This document shows positions 12,721-26,298 of a stretch of DNA of 64,000 bases, piece by piece (position 1 is the first letter of the stretch; each line of letters begins with the position of its first letter). Made by a program: the position numbers and the translations under genes. The stretch comes from Octopus vulgaris. Its lineage: Eukaryota. The DNA lies in the NCBI GenBank assembly GCA_951406725.2, contig OX597814.1:18476001-18540000 (forward strand), read 5' to 3'. The notes below the pieces were generated by a model. That model searched no databases. It saw only the letters and a program-made list of their open reading frames with translations, and had not been told where the DNA came from.

Positions 12721-13688
12721 GCAGATATTTGCATACGTACGTATATATATGTTTGTGCTTGCGTGTGTCTGTGTATGTGTGTGCGTGTATGTGTGAAGAG
12801 AGACAGCGGGGGTATAATGAGAGCCATCGTATCTTTTTTTCTGCGTTGTATGTACACTTTTAATCCCTTGTGTTCCTACCCATTTTATGTAGGTCTAACG
12901 TCTATCTCATTTTGAAGTTTTGTCGTATTAATATCATAACACATTTCTTGCTTTTCATTGAATTTTATTTTCTAAGTCATATTCTCAAAAGAATATTTAT
13001 TAAATGTGAGCATAACATAAAGAGGAAGAGTCTGTCTGAGGAAGAAAAAGAGAAATAGACACTGAAAACAAAACAAAAAATAAAGATAAAAAGAAAATAG
13101 AGAAAGTAAAACACTTTTACACAGTATATTGTAATATTCGTTTTTATATTTGCCTATAAACATTTAGTTTTTTTTTTCTACCTCGAATAGCTTGTTGTAA
13201 TATGAATAATAAACGTATTCATTTCTTTGTCAGCTTCATAATAGTAGATTTAGATGTTTGCTTCTGTACGCAGAATCAACTCATTCTAACACATTTCTAT
13301 ACAAACGTGTGTATGAATAGATGTCTATACAGATGCGTTTGTATATGTCGTCATACACTTTCGTACGTATACACATTGAATGTAAGTGTATGTCTGTATG
13401 CATGCGTACCTATGTGTATTCTTATTATCTCTATTTGTATGTTCTCTTATATGTATAGTGGTGATAATCAAATCTATGATGTATTAAGGTGTGTACTAAT
13501 GAGATTTCAGACAAGGCTTAATAAATGAAAATTATACTATGTATATCGTTTTTTAATCCATCTTCATTAAAGCATTGCATTCTTTGATGTCGAACTTGTG
13601 GCAAAGTTGATCACTACTTTATTCCCCAAGGATATTTATTTGTCATCCAACACCTTGCATGTATGTATATGTATTCATATACACGTAC

Positions 13689-13736
<48 letters not shown>

Positions 13737-13741
13737 GTATA

Positions 13742-13793
<52 letters not shown>

Positions 13794-13817
13794 TATTCGC
13801 ATATACATATGTATATA

Positions 13818-13908
<91 letters not shown>

Positions 13909-14776
13909 TTCATAATATTTAGAGTAAAAAGAAACAAGAAACATATGATGATTGTTGATATCACTCGGGAGGTGACCTAAATTTTCCAGATATAAAATTA
14001 AGCGAATAAAATCAAAATGGTCATAATGAAAATTATTATGAACTTGAAGTTTAATATTTTGATTAATCTTGTTTTTAACTCATTAGATATTGATACCAAG
14101 ATTCACAACATAATACAATCATTTATGAATTCCACATTCTAAAAAACGTCTAAACAACACAGTTCCCATGAGGTTCAACATTTCCCATCTGAAACTTAGG
14201 GAGAGTCACATGGGAAGTAATGAATGTCATGCATTTTACGAAGTTACAAGCGACTAAGGTGATTGTACTAAAATGCTAGAGTGAAGAACAAATCAGTAAC
14301 TACGCGTTTATATATGTTCTAGCGTATCCCACTATCAAACGATAAGACGAAGTATAGCATGATGGATAACTACTTTGAAATCGCCAGCTTCTATATCCAG
14401 TGCATAAATTCACATTCACATTTACAAACACCATAGTTGGTGCATTTTGTTTAAGTAACTAAACGCTTAATAGCGACTATTTGGATAAGCTAAGGTTTTT
14501 CAGAGAAAGGAATCAACGAACTCCTACGTTACAAATACAATTTGTAAGAGGAAGAATATAAATGTGCAAGACTTTCCTTACGTTTGAAATGTGACATTCC
14601 TTGTTATCTACATTTCAACGATGGATCTTTGTATTTTTTTTTTTTTAGAAACCAACTCCTTTAGAGGGAGAATTCACATAATGGAAAACAGAAGAGAACC
14701 TACATGCATGCATACATACATACCTACCTACATACATACATACATACATACATACATACATACATACATACATACA

Positions 14777-14810
<34 letters not shown>

Positions 14811-17479
14811 CAGAAACCGGTTCTTTCTCTATAGGCAAGGAATCTCGAAATAAACGGAATAATGACATTCATACAAACAAAAATACCCTGTTGTAGATGT
14901 TGAAATTCCAATGAAGGAGTATTGGATCTAGGTTAAAAACCGACTCTTTTTCTATTAGCAAGAAATCTTGAAATAAATCTGCATAATGACATATATACAT
15001 ACTTACATAGATAGATACAATCGTACTTACGCGCACACATACGGCTTGGTCATATGCATCCTTGGTGTGCAGAACTTTGCGGAAGGTCAGCTTACTGCCA
15101 TACACGGATAAACGGAATGTATTAGAACTGTAATAAATAGATCGTAACATCAGAACAAATGTATTTTAAAATTAGTTTTAAATTTAAATGTAATCGATTG
15201 GCCAGCCTCTCCTCCATTACAACTCCACCTTGGCTATGCTTTCGCTGGTCTTCACTTACGTTTCTCCACGAGATTCTCACCACCACAGAGGCTTTTCCTG
15301 ATTGTCTGCATCTGGGCATCATTAAGAAAGCCTCTATTCCGAATTATTCTTATTCCGAATTATTTACTCTGGATAGTCCAACCTGGAAGATCTCAGAATA
15401 TTACGTTTTGTTACTCCATCTGCAATTTCAGGTGTCCCGACTTCTACCATTTTGGACTGAAGTTCTGTTTTTATTTTTTCGGCATTATACATTTGTAGTT
15501 GTAATTACTGAAGCATTTCTAAAGCATTTCTAGAGAGCATTTCATAAAATTTCTTTATTAACAGAAAACAAATGTAAGGAGAAATCCTTATTTCAAAGGA
15601 TCATAAAAATATCCATTTAATTTAATGCCGAAATATATTCTTGGAAAAGCGTTTTATCAAGAAGCATCAAAAGAAATAAATGGTTATAATGAAATCCTCA
15701 TATCACAAAACACATTTGAATTTATGCCCATGTTCACTTATGTTCGGGGAAACTAAACATGAATACCAAAGAAGAAATCCGATTAGGTTTGCTTGAAGGT
15801 CAGCTAGCTCTTGAATATTGGAGCATCTTTGATTCTTAGTCACCATATTCCTAACGGTACAAAAAACTTATATAATTATGTACGTTCTCGAGAGGCACAA
15901 ATATTTTTGCTGATGCTTTGTAAATAACTTGTCATACGTTGCAACATTTCAGAGGTCCATTACACATGTAGTGATGTTTTGAAGGATGGAGTAGTTTCGC
16001 AATGACATACTTTTGTAGCCCCATTAGTTCGTTGATTTGATGTGATATCATTTTGGTGAGGCGGTCACTATTTTCCCTATAGAACAGAAATTATCCCTAT
16101 AGAACAGAAGATTGTTTTGAAACCAGACAATCTTTCACCCGGATCATGTAAGCCGGAGAGGTCTCTTGAGATTATCTGTCAAGCATTTTATGTTGTAGTA
16201 CATTTACTGATTATCGGATTATGTGTTGGGTTAATCAAAAGCAGTGATGTATTAAGTAAGGAGGTTATTTCACAGAATTTTAGCCTTCAAAAATCAATTC
16301 AAATTCATGAAGTCTAAGTTTTCACAATTTCTTTCAATATCAGAGTAGCATATCGGTGTTTGTCTGTTAATAACCATTGTACATGGGTGTTTATAAGCCG
16401 TCTCACGTAACCTTGCTTCTTAACGTACAAACTTCTTGGAATTGCCTTTCTGTCAAATTTCCAAATTTATTACCTAGATCATTACATCATCAAACGTATC
16501 TACTAATCTCTCTCTTTCACTCACCAACTCTCTCTCAACATTGATAACAGCGTTGTCAACTTTCAGACGCTTCAGTACTTCTTTAATTCGCCATCCACAG
16601 CTCTAAACAGCATGTTACTTGTTGCAATATCGATATCTATTAAGTAATCCTCTTATAACATCTTTTACGTCTTTGGAAGTGGTTTTGAAACGTTTAAAAA
16701 CAACATCTCTTCCATGAATTTTGAACCATAGTAGAAGCTTCCAAATCAACGAGTAAGTGTTTCCATGTTCATGACCGTTGTTCTGTCGAACCCAAGAGAT
16801 AATTTGGTATTCTGGAGGATCTCCTTCAATTTCATCTCCGGTTTTATGTTGCGATGAACTATTCATTGCTAATAGGTAAGGTGACAAGTTCTCTTTGTTG
16901 GTAATATCTCGATTTGAAAAGCATATCAATATATGCTTTCAAATCTCAATAATTGCACAGATCTAATTAGCATTATGTCTGAAGATTGTTTTTTAAATTT
17001 TTATAGTGAACTTTCAATTAGTGATTGCCCTTCTATTTGGGTATATTAGCATCTATTTCATAAACATTCACAATGTGCAAATCACATATCCCTGGGTTGA
17101 ACTTACCCAACTGAACTGATAATATTTCAAATATTTCTCTTTAAATAAAATTTCTGCCTCTTTATTTCAAATTCTTCTTCTCGGAGTCAGCTTCTCCTAA
17201 TTTAAGAATCAATAGAGCAACCGAGTAAAGGTCTGCAGTAAATGATTTCCAAACGAATACAATTTACGTTACTCTCTAACCTTGTGCCTACAAATGTGTT
17301 TCTATGTGTTAGTATGTAAATACGCGTGTGTGTGTACACATGTGTGTGTATGAGTGTGCGTATATTTGCATGTGTGTGTGAGTGTATTTGAGACCCTCTT
17401 ATAGTTAATCACATCTTTATAAATGTACCGTTATTAGTTGGAATGTTGTCGTAAATGCATTCAGTTTTATGCAATGATT

Positions 17480-17688
17480 TCTTATTTCTTTATTGCCCAC
17501 AAGAGGCCCACAAGGAAATAGCGTGAGTGAGGAAGATGGCCCCTAGCAACCACACCTTTTAAGATAGGGATTTCTAAGGTAGCCCACGGGCATCGTCACC
17601 TCATTCTACATGTCCCTGTAAATTTTGGAGCGAATCGGACGGGACGTAGTGGCATTGAAAGCGATCCAAGCGGTAAAAACGCATTTCA

Positions 17689-17783
<95 letters not shown>

Positions 17784-17978
17784 GGGAGAAACAAGGACAG
17801 ACAAACGGATTAAGTCGATAATATCGACCCCAGTGCGTAACTGGTCCTTAATTTATCGATCCAGAAAGGATGAAAGGCAAAGTCGACCTCGGCAGAATTT
17901 GAACTCAGAACGTAGCGGCAGATGAAATACCGCTTAGCATTTCGCCCGGCGTGATAACGCTTCTGCCAGCTCACCGCC
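17480..17978 (-). mobile_element. SINE family A interrupted in its tail by a probable Helitron-type 5' fragment
   Basis: The tail end tttctttattgcccacaag (17486) is separated from the rest of the element (~17778-17978) by ~270 bp with a duplicated gcccacaag. TSD-like ttttatgcaa lies on both sides. Confidence 0.75.
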
Positions 17979-18264
17979 TTTTATGCAAATATTTTTAATA
18001 GATGGATGATGTCACACTATTCGAATAAGGGACGCAAACGATAAAAGCAATCCTGGTATTTGCTTGATTGTGACCATTTTTTTCCCTGGAAATTCAAAAG
18101 TATGTCGATTCAGAACGTAAGCAACAAAACTAAATTTAGCAACGCATTTTGTCCGTCACTCTACTGACTCTAATAAATCACTACCCGTTTATTTCTAAGC
18201 TATTAGTAATATAATATGCAATTGGTATTTTCAACAGTGTTTGCAACCAATGTATTCTCTGCAT

Positions 18265-18653
18265 TGTGGAGGCGCAATGGCCCAGTGGTTAGGGCAGCGG
18301 ACTAGCGATCATAGAATCGCGGTTTCGATTCCCAGGCCGGGCGTTGTGAGTGTTTATTGAGCGAAAACACCTAAAGCTCCACGAGGCTCCGGCAGGGGAT
18401 GGTGGTGATTCCTGCTGTACTCTTTCACCACAACTTTCTCTCAATCTTACTTCCTGTTTCTGTTGTACCTGTATTTCAAGGGGCCGGCCTTGTCACTCTC
18501 TGTGTCACGCTGAATATCCCCGAGAACTACGTTAAGGGTACACGTGTCTGTGGAGTGCTCAGCCACTTACATGTTAATTTCACGAGCAGGCTGTTCCGTT
18601 GATTCGGATCAGCGGGAACCCTCGTCGTCGTAACCGACGGAGTGCTTCCATCC
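18265..18653 (+). mobile_element. SINE family C with tail type 1
   Basis: A/B-box head; tail ends cgtcgtcgtaaccgacggagtgcttccatcc; 11-bp TSD attctctgcat (18254-18264 / 18654-18664). Confidence 0.92.
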
Positions 18654-19306
18654 ATTCTCTGCATATTATATTAGTATTTTTCTTTACTTAGCATAAAGAG
18701 GATAGAATGTGGATAAAATGGGCTAATTTCTTTTTAAATATAGAAAGTTGATTTCTAATAAATGAATGATTTCACACAAATCGGATGAAAAGTGTTGTGT
18801 ACGTAAGATTTCCGGTTTCCGGTTTATTCCTCTGCCGTTACGATGTACATAAGTTTTCCGCCATATCCAAAACCTCAAATAAATTCTGCCATATTCACAC
18901 TTCGAGTTAAATTCATTAAAATCACACTGTGATGAGGTAGATGAGGCAGATGAGGTAGAACTCTACGTTAATCGGTTGGTAGGTTTAAATTCATCAACTT
19001 GATACTTCGGTACACTGGCGAAGTTCATTCTGCTGCAAGAATTCCTTACATGTCTAAGTAGATCTACTAATCAGTTTTCGAGAGTCTTCAATAGATCATA
19101 GGCCCTGTCCTTAAATCTCCAATTAAAACATTGAATTAAAATAACAAAATTTAACACTTTATTCAGTAGTATACGCTAGAAATATTTCTATATACATATA
19201 TCGTGTATGTGAATTCGTATAAATGCGTGTGTTTGTAGGTTTGTTTATTTAATAAAAGGTAAATTTTTATTACAAATTATTGAAAAGTTCCTCATAGTGC
19301 TCTATG

Positions 19307-19392
<86 letters not shown>

Positions 19393-20364
19393 TATATATA
19401 TATGTATATATATATGTATATCTATATATGTATGGATATGTATATGTATATCTATCTATATGTATATGTATATATATATATATGTGTATGTGTGTGTGTA
19501 TACACACATATATTTATATGCATATACATATACATACACACACTCACATAGACACACACACATATATATATATATGTGTATGTATATGTATATAATGACA
19601 AGACGAGCACACACCAATCCTCACACAAATAGGTATATATGCATTTTACATACACAGGCATATTTGAGACATACATATATTCATATTTTACATATATATG
19701 TCTGTGTGTGTACGTTTGCTATATATACATTAATATATATATATATATAAATATATATTCATATATGCTTAAATGCCTACATAAACCTCTGTAATTCTTA
19801 AGCATGTATATGTTTGCTTTTTGTGTATGTGTGTGCGTGTGTATCTAAGAGAGCGTGTTGTTTTCGTTAGCTATGTCAATAGTGTAGATGGCATGAAACA
19901 TGAAAGCATCTTTGCGTCGTATTTGTAGGGGAAATGGCTGCTGTGAATCGCTGGCACAGCGGACGATTTATTTTCATAGCGAATGCTTACATGGTGTTGT
20001 TTTGTTTTGTTTTGTTTTGTTTGTTTGTTTTCTTTCTCCCTCTTCTTCGAAACCTGAAGACGTTTGAATAGTGGAATGAAAGATACTATTTCTTGCTTCT
20101 AACAATCTCGACGTTGACTATTTTTGCACACGGTAAGGCACTTATCTTCGTGTTTATTATTATTTTTTTTCAAAAAAATTCTTGTTATATTTATAAACAA
20201 GATGATTCCGTGCAGGTCAATAGGGTTACAAGAATTGTGGGTGAATGTTGTTAGTAGTGTAACGTGGCGTGTCGGCAGCAAAAAAATAACGACATGGTTA
20301 AATCGTCGAACTTGGTTTCAGTACATTTTCGTTCTGTGTTCAAAATCTAACCAGTAAAAGTCTA

Positions 20365-20531
20365 CTCTTTTACTGGTTTCAGTCATTTGACTGTCGCCAT
20401 GCTGGAGCGCCACCTTTACTCGAGCAAATCGACCTCAGGACTTATTCGGTTGTCAAGCGATGTTGGGGGGATAAACACAGACACACAAACACAAACACAC
20501 ACATGCATACATACATACATACATACATACA

Positions 20532-20617
<86 letters not shown>

Positions 20618-20960
20618 CATACAAAATAAGAAAATGGTGAAATACATCTAAATCAATTATCAACAACCAGATAATACTCAATCACATAATTTATTAAACC
20701 ACTACCTATGAACATTAAAGTCAATCATATTAATATAGAACAAAACAGTGTACGTGAAATTGTATAATTTGTACATATATATACATACATATATACGACG
20801 GTCTTCTTTCAGTTTCCGTCTACCCAATCCACTCTCAAGGTTTTGGTCGGCCCGAGGCTATACTAGAAGACACTTGCCCAAGATGCCACGCAGCAGGACT
20901 GAACCCGGAACCATGTGGTTGGTAAGCAAGCTACTTACCACACAGCCACTCCTACGCCTA
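20365..20960 (-). mobile_element. SINE family B split at its internal microsatellite
   Basis: The 5' half (20795-20960) and a deleted 3' half (20365-20490) are separated by (TACA)n(TA)n and ~140 bp of unrelated sequence. Confidence 0.75.
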
Positions 20961-21616
20961 TTGAATTTTTGTTGTTGTTTTTTTTTGCAGTCCAATAAAA
21001 CCTATGTTTAGAAGTTATTTGTAAAAGTACAATCAATGTGGTTTAGGTGTAGCACTCATGATCCGAAGAACTTAGTTTCAGTTCCCGGACCTAGCGTTGT
21101 ACTATGTTCTTGAGTAACACACTTTCTTTCACGTTGCTCCAGTTCATTCAGCTGTGAGAATCCCTGTGAGAGAGAATCCCGTTTAGGTGGAGTGTGATGC
21201 TCTCAATCGCTTATACTCCACGGACCAGATAACCGGTCCTACGTCTCATAGGACTGAAAACAGTAACGCCCAGTGGACTTATTTGCTAGAGAATGTTTAA
21301 TCCCTAATATACCAGCTTTAAACAAAAGCAAGATGGGCCGTAAAGCGGTTGTCTGGCAAGCAGTAGATTCTAGGTCCTAATCTCATCAGACAATACGTTG
21401 CTTTTTGTTCTTCAATTTCATTTTCATAAGGTTTAGAAAATCCGTTGTTTTGTTATTTGATGCTATCCAGAGGTTAATTTAATTGATTCGACCCATTAGC
21501 TTGTAAAACATTTAGACACATATTTGGCGGCAGATATTTATCGTTAGGCCATAAGATTTCAGCTATTCATTCAACTGAAGTACCTATTCCAGAGTTAAAG
21601 CATGCACTCCGCAGAC

Positions 21617-21936
21617 CTGTGGAAAGTGTAACCTCTCGAAAGAGCTGTTCTTCACTCCTGCTCCAGAGCGTCGGCTGCGGGGTCATTCCGAAAAGCTCTA
21701 CCTGCGACGATTTCATCTCAATCGAAGGAGAGGAGCTTTCTCCGTCCGGGTTGCGGATCCGTGGAACAAGCTGCCAGACGAGATGGTGAAGATACCGACG
21801 ACCGCTTTGTTCAAAGCCTCCCTGGATCTCAAGTGGCCTGAACTCTTTACATGAACACCACCCTGTACTTAACTCCATGTCCCCCTACATGGCCTTGCTA
21901 TTTGCTTTTGAGCCAAATTAACTAACTAACTAACTA
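21617..21936 (+). mobile_element. 5'-truncated CR1-clade LINE 3' end
   Basis: Frame 21618-21854 reads CGKCNLSKELFFTPAPERRLRGHSEKLYLRRFHLNRRRGAFSVRVADPWNKLPDEMVKIPTTALFKASLDLKWPELFT*, the CR1 ORF2 C-terminal pattern RGH..KL..R..FS.RV...WN.LP..FK..LD. It has a (TAAC)n tail and TSD actccgcagac / actctgcagac (21606-21616 / 21937-21947). Confidence 0.9.
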
Positions 21937-22191
21937 ACTCTGCAGACATGTAACTGTAATGAAGGGTCAGTTTGACACAGTATAACGAGGTTGTGTCTTA
22001 GAAATACAGGACAATCCATTTGGCGGGGCGTCTGTACATTTTCTGTGTGTCCAGTTTCACTCACATAGAACGGGGTCGATCCAAAACTATTGAAAGTGGC
22101 AATTGCCAAAGGTGCGATAAGTGGGCTCGAGACCTGGTCCTCGTCGTTGCGAAAGCATATGAAAAGCAAAAGAGAATAATATTATCATTGA

Positions 22192-22562
22192 CTAGCAGTA
22201 TCGCCCGGCGTTGCTCGGGTTTGTAAGGGAAATAACTATAAAGCATTTTTAGAGAGTTATAGCCAAAAAATGGGAAAAGAATGATGGTAAATTTTTTTTT
22301 TAGTTAAAAAGGTCGAGTTGCGTCCCCTAGACAGTCTGTGGTTTGTGTTTCTGATTCTCGACCCCATGTCGAATTTATCGATTTTTTTCAGAACTGGGGA
22401 ACTTTTCAAAATTTTCGCTGCGTTAGTTTTGAATTATGACATTGGGCTATGTGTGTGTCAAGTTTCATCAGAATCGGTTGAAAGCCGTGGTCAGGGTGAG
22501 GGTACAACCTAACAGACACACAGAAACACACACAGACAAACTGCCGTTTATATATAGAGAGA
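22192..22562 (-). mobile_element. Non-autonomous Helitron
   Basis: Minus strand A|TC(tctctatatataaacgg) ... hairpin cccgagcaacgccggg ... CTAG|T. Confidence 0.85.
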
Positions 22563-22837
22563 TGTGGCGGCGAGCTGGCAGAATCGGCAGTGGGCATTTT
22601 ATAGGGTTTTACGTTTTATGTACCAGCCGAACACCGGGGTCAATATAATCGACTTTGCCACTCCTCATAATTACTGGTCTTGTGCTAAAATGTGAAGAAA
22701 TAGAGAATTTGATGTTACATCTATATAATTTGACTTGTTAATAATTTGTTAGCCTGTTTCTGTAGCTTTCATTCAGATTCACACAACGATAGATATGGCA
22801 GCTACTTGGAACGAAAAGTATGGCATTGTATTTAGAG

Positions 22838-22851
22838 ATATACAGACAGAC

Positions 22852-22902
<51 letters not shown>

Positions 22903-22937
22903 TACAGACAGACAGATAGATAGAGAGAGAGAGAGAC

Positions 22938-23000
<63 letters not shown>

Positions 23001-23001
23001 A

Positions 23002-23032
<31 letters not shown>

Positions 23033-23137
23033 TAGATAGATAGGTAGATAGATAGATAGATAAATAGATAGATAGAGAGAGAGAGAGAAAGAGAGACAGA
23101 CTGACAGACAGACAGACAGACTGACAGACAGACAGAC

Positions 23138-23210
<73 letters not shown>
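22838..23210. repeat. Compound (GATA)n/(GACA)n/(GA)n microsatellite
   Basis: Directly visible tetranucleotide and dinucleotide runs. Confidence 0.95.
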
Positions 23211-23211
<1 letters not shown>

Positions 23212-23561
23212 CTTTCTTTATTGGCCACACAGGACTGAACACAGTGGGGACAAATACAAATGAAGAACTTTTCGTTTCGAAAATGAAAAAGAAAACGAAA
23301 TACCGATCAAAAGGGTCGGGGGGGGGGAGGCGATCAAAAGGGATCGGGTATCACAGAAGAATTTTTTTAAATGTAAGAAGCAAGATTAGGTTTATCTGTG
23401 GAAAGAAAAGCCTACAGAAAAGACCACGGTAACTTCAGGCAAGGAAGGAATAAACACATTAGAGCAAAGTGCTCTCTCTCTGCTTTTACGACTTACAGGA
23501 TCATGCTCAAAATGGCTTCGTCGCTTGCACGCACCATCTTTGCTACATTCATATAGATAGG

Positions 23562-23648
<87 letters not shown>

Positions 23649-23987
23649 CTTTCTTTATTGGCCACACAGGACTGAACACAGTGGGGACAAATACAAATGA
23701 AGAACTTTTCGTTTCGAAAATGAAAAAGAAAACGAAATACCGATCAAAAGGGTCGGGGGGGGGAGGCGATCAAAAGGGATCGGGTATCACAGAAGAAATT
23801 TTTAAATGTAAGAAGCAAGATTAGGTTTATCTGTGGAAAGAAAAGCCTACAGAAAAGACCACGGTAACTTCAGGCAAGGAAGGAATAAACACATTAGAGC
23901 AAAGTGCTCTCTCTCTGCTTTTACGACTTACAGGATCATGCTCAAAATGGCTTCGTCGCTTGCACGCACCATCTTTGCTACATTCAT
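23211..23987 (-). mobile_element. Two near-identical ~340-bp LINE-like 3' ends in tandem (23211-23552, 23648-23987), embedded in (GATA)n
   Basis: Direct duplication with period 437 bp. The minus strand has a short ORF end (MNVAKMVRASDEAILSMIL*), a 3' UTR and ...gtgtggccaataaagaaagt running into (ATCT)n. Assignment to L1/Tx1 is tentative. Confidence 0.65.
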
Positions 23988-23996
23988 ATAGATAGG

Positions 23997-24070
<74 letters not shown>

Positions 24071-24566
24071 TACATATAGAGATATACATATTCATACACA
24101 CGCGTATTTGTGCGTGCGTGCACACACACACACACAATGAAATTCGACTATATATGAAAAAATTAATAAATGTAGTATACGTAATAAAATGCGATGCCTT
24201 TCAGGAAAATAAGTTTCTTTTGAAGTCTAAAATATAGCAAAATCAAATGAAACTGAATATGATTCTGTTGTTTAGTTCATGGTCAGAGTCTCTCCATTAG
24301 AACCGCATCATCTATTTTCATACAAAAAGTGTATTTAGGATTACGTAATCCATTATATGTTTACTTTTGCAACACAATGAGATGCGTTTTGGGTGAGATT
24401 TCATGACTCTTTTTTCTAGAAGATCGATCTCTCTTGTAGATGACCATGCGTTGCTTGGAAGACTGTCAATACAGTAAATGGGTTTGGCTGACTAGTTCGA
24501 GCACAAAATATAAACAGTGTCTTTGACTCAGAAATAATGAAATGCAATATTACCTTTAGGATAAAC

Positions 24567-24775
24567 GCGACGAGCTGGCAGAATCGTTTGCAGCCTCCAA
24601 AATATACTTAGCAGTAATTCATCTTTACATTTTAACTTCAAATTCCACCGAAATCCACTTTCCCTTCAATCCTTTCGGGGTCGATAAAATAAGTACTAGT
24701 AGAGCACTTGGGTCGATGTAATCCACTTCCCCACCCCCACCCAAAACAGCTGGCCTTGTGCCAAAATTTGGAACC
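24567..24775 (+). mobile_element. Diverged SINE family A (second tail type)
   Basis: gcgacgagctggcagaatcg...cctttcggggtcgataaaataagtac...ggccttgtgccaaaatttg. Similar old copies lie at ~22565-22695, 28660-28855 (-), 34590-34755 (-) and 37120-37310. Confidence 0.75.
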
Positions 24776-25035
24776 AATTTTACCTTTAGGAGGTCTATTG
24801 AAATCAGAACGAACTGGACAACAGTAAACCGAGTGTATTTGATTGATCGTTCATATATTTATGGGAATACTATAATCATAAACTGTCAGCTATATCGAAA
24901 ATCGACTGCAGTATGTAAATATTTCTCTCCGAGTATTTATTTAACCAACAAAGGAAACTTTAGCTTGTTGAGCTAATCTAGAATTAAATGCAAAATCCCC
25001 TTCAAAATATAATTTTTATATAAAGATAAACATTA

Positions 25036-25432
25036 TATTTCTTTATTGCCCACAAGGGACTAAACATATAGGGGACAAACAAGGACAGACAAACGCATTA
25101 AGTCGATTACATCGACCACAGTGCGTAACTGGTACTTATTTAATCGACCCTGAAAGGATGAAAGGCAAAGTCGACCTCGGCGGATTTGAACTCAGAATAT
25201 AGCGGCAGACGAAATACCTATTTCTTTACTACCCACAAGGGGCTAAACACAGAGAGGACAAACAAGGACAGGCAAACGGATTAAGTCGATTATATCGACC
25301 CCAGTGCGTAACTGGTACTTATTTAATCAACTCCGAAAGGATAAAAGGCAAAGTCGACCTCGGCAGAATTTGAACTCAGAGCGTAAAGGCAGACGAAATA
25401 CCGCTAAGCATTTCACCCGGCTCGCCGTCCTC
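25036..25432 (-). mobile_element. SINE family A, dimer
   Basis: Partially deleted head plus two units; 23-bp TSD tttttatataaagata(a/g)acatta (25013-25035 / 25433-25455). Confidence 0.9.
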
Positions 25433-25836
25433 TTTTTATATAAAGATAGACATTACACAATGGCGTTTTCGATACAGAAAAATGCAGCATGTTCATGAAC
25501 GAAATATATAAATCTGCTCTGTTAGATTTAACAAAGGTTGAACATCAACAACTAATAGTTTCGGAAAATAGAATGAAAGAAAGAAAGAAACACTTCTACT
25601 CGACCGAACGATCGCATATTGAAATCACAACATTCTCTTCTAGAAAGAGTAGCCCATGTTGGAGAATGTATTCGGCAGAAAGTCATGCCTGAGTGAAAAG
25701 TCACCCTAAAACTTCTTCGATACTAAATTTGTTCGATCAGGACTGGTGCTGAGCTAATCAACATGAAGTATTAGTTTTATCGATCCAGGGTATTTAAAAG
25801 GCTAGGTTATGTTCGGAATGTCTTGAAATCACAAAG

Positions 25837-26298
25837 ACTTAGAGCGTAGGCGAGAAAGATATGCCATAATATACATCTGGAAGATTCTAGAAGGACTTGT
25901 CCCAAACTTTGGCATCGAGAGTTACACAAATACTAGAACTGGCCGCCACTGCATAATGCCAAGGACTCCAAATTTGCCATCAAGATGTAGGACAAGATAC
26001 TGCGATAGCCTGGGCTTCAGAGGTCCATAGCTCTTCAATATCCTCCCGAAGGATCTGAGAGACCTGCATGGGGTGGATGCGGATGTCTTTAAAATAAAGC
26101 TGGACCTCTTCCTGTCAGGTGTCCCAGATGAACCAACTTCACGGCAGGAGGTGCAGATGAGGGCAGCTGCATCAAACTCTCTCATGCACCAAATGTCAAT
26201 TGCTAAAAAGCATTCGTGAAGTAAAATCATGTAGCAACACCGAATGGCGGTGCCCCAGCATGGCCACAGCTCGTGAGTTGAAACTAGATGAAGATGAT
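25837..26298 (+). mobile_element. 5'-truncated CR1-group (Zenon-like) LINE 3' end
   Basis: Translates LERRRERYAIIYIWKILEGLVPNFGIESYTNTRTGRHC...GP*LFNILPKDLRDLHGVDADVFKIKLDLFLSGVPDEP...SNSLMHQM with one internal stop. A 3' UTR with a stem-loop tail follows. Confidence 0.85.

Noticed and set aside
16117-16317. ORF with PERSLEIICQAF, reminiscent of an integrase core start
   Set aside because: The similarity is too short and degenerate to call without a profile search.
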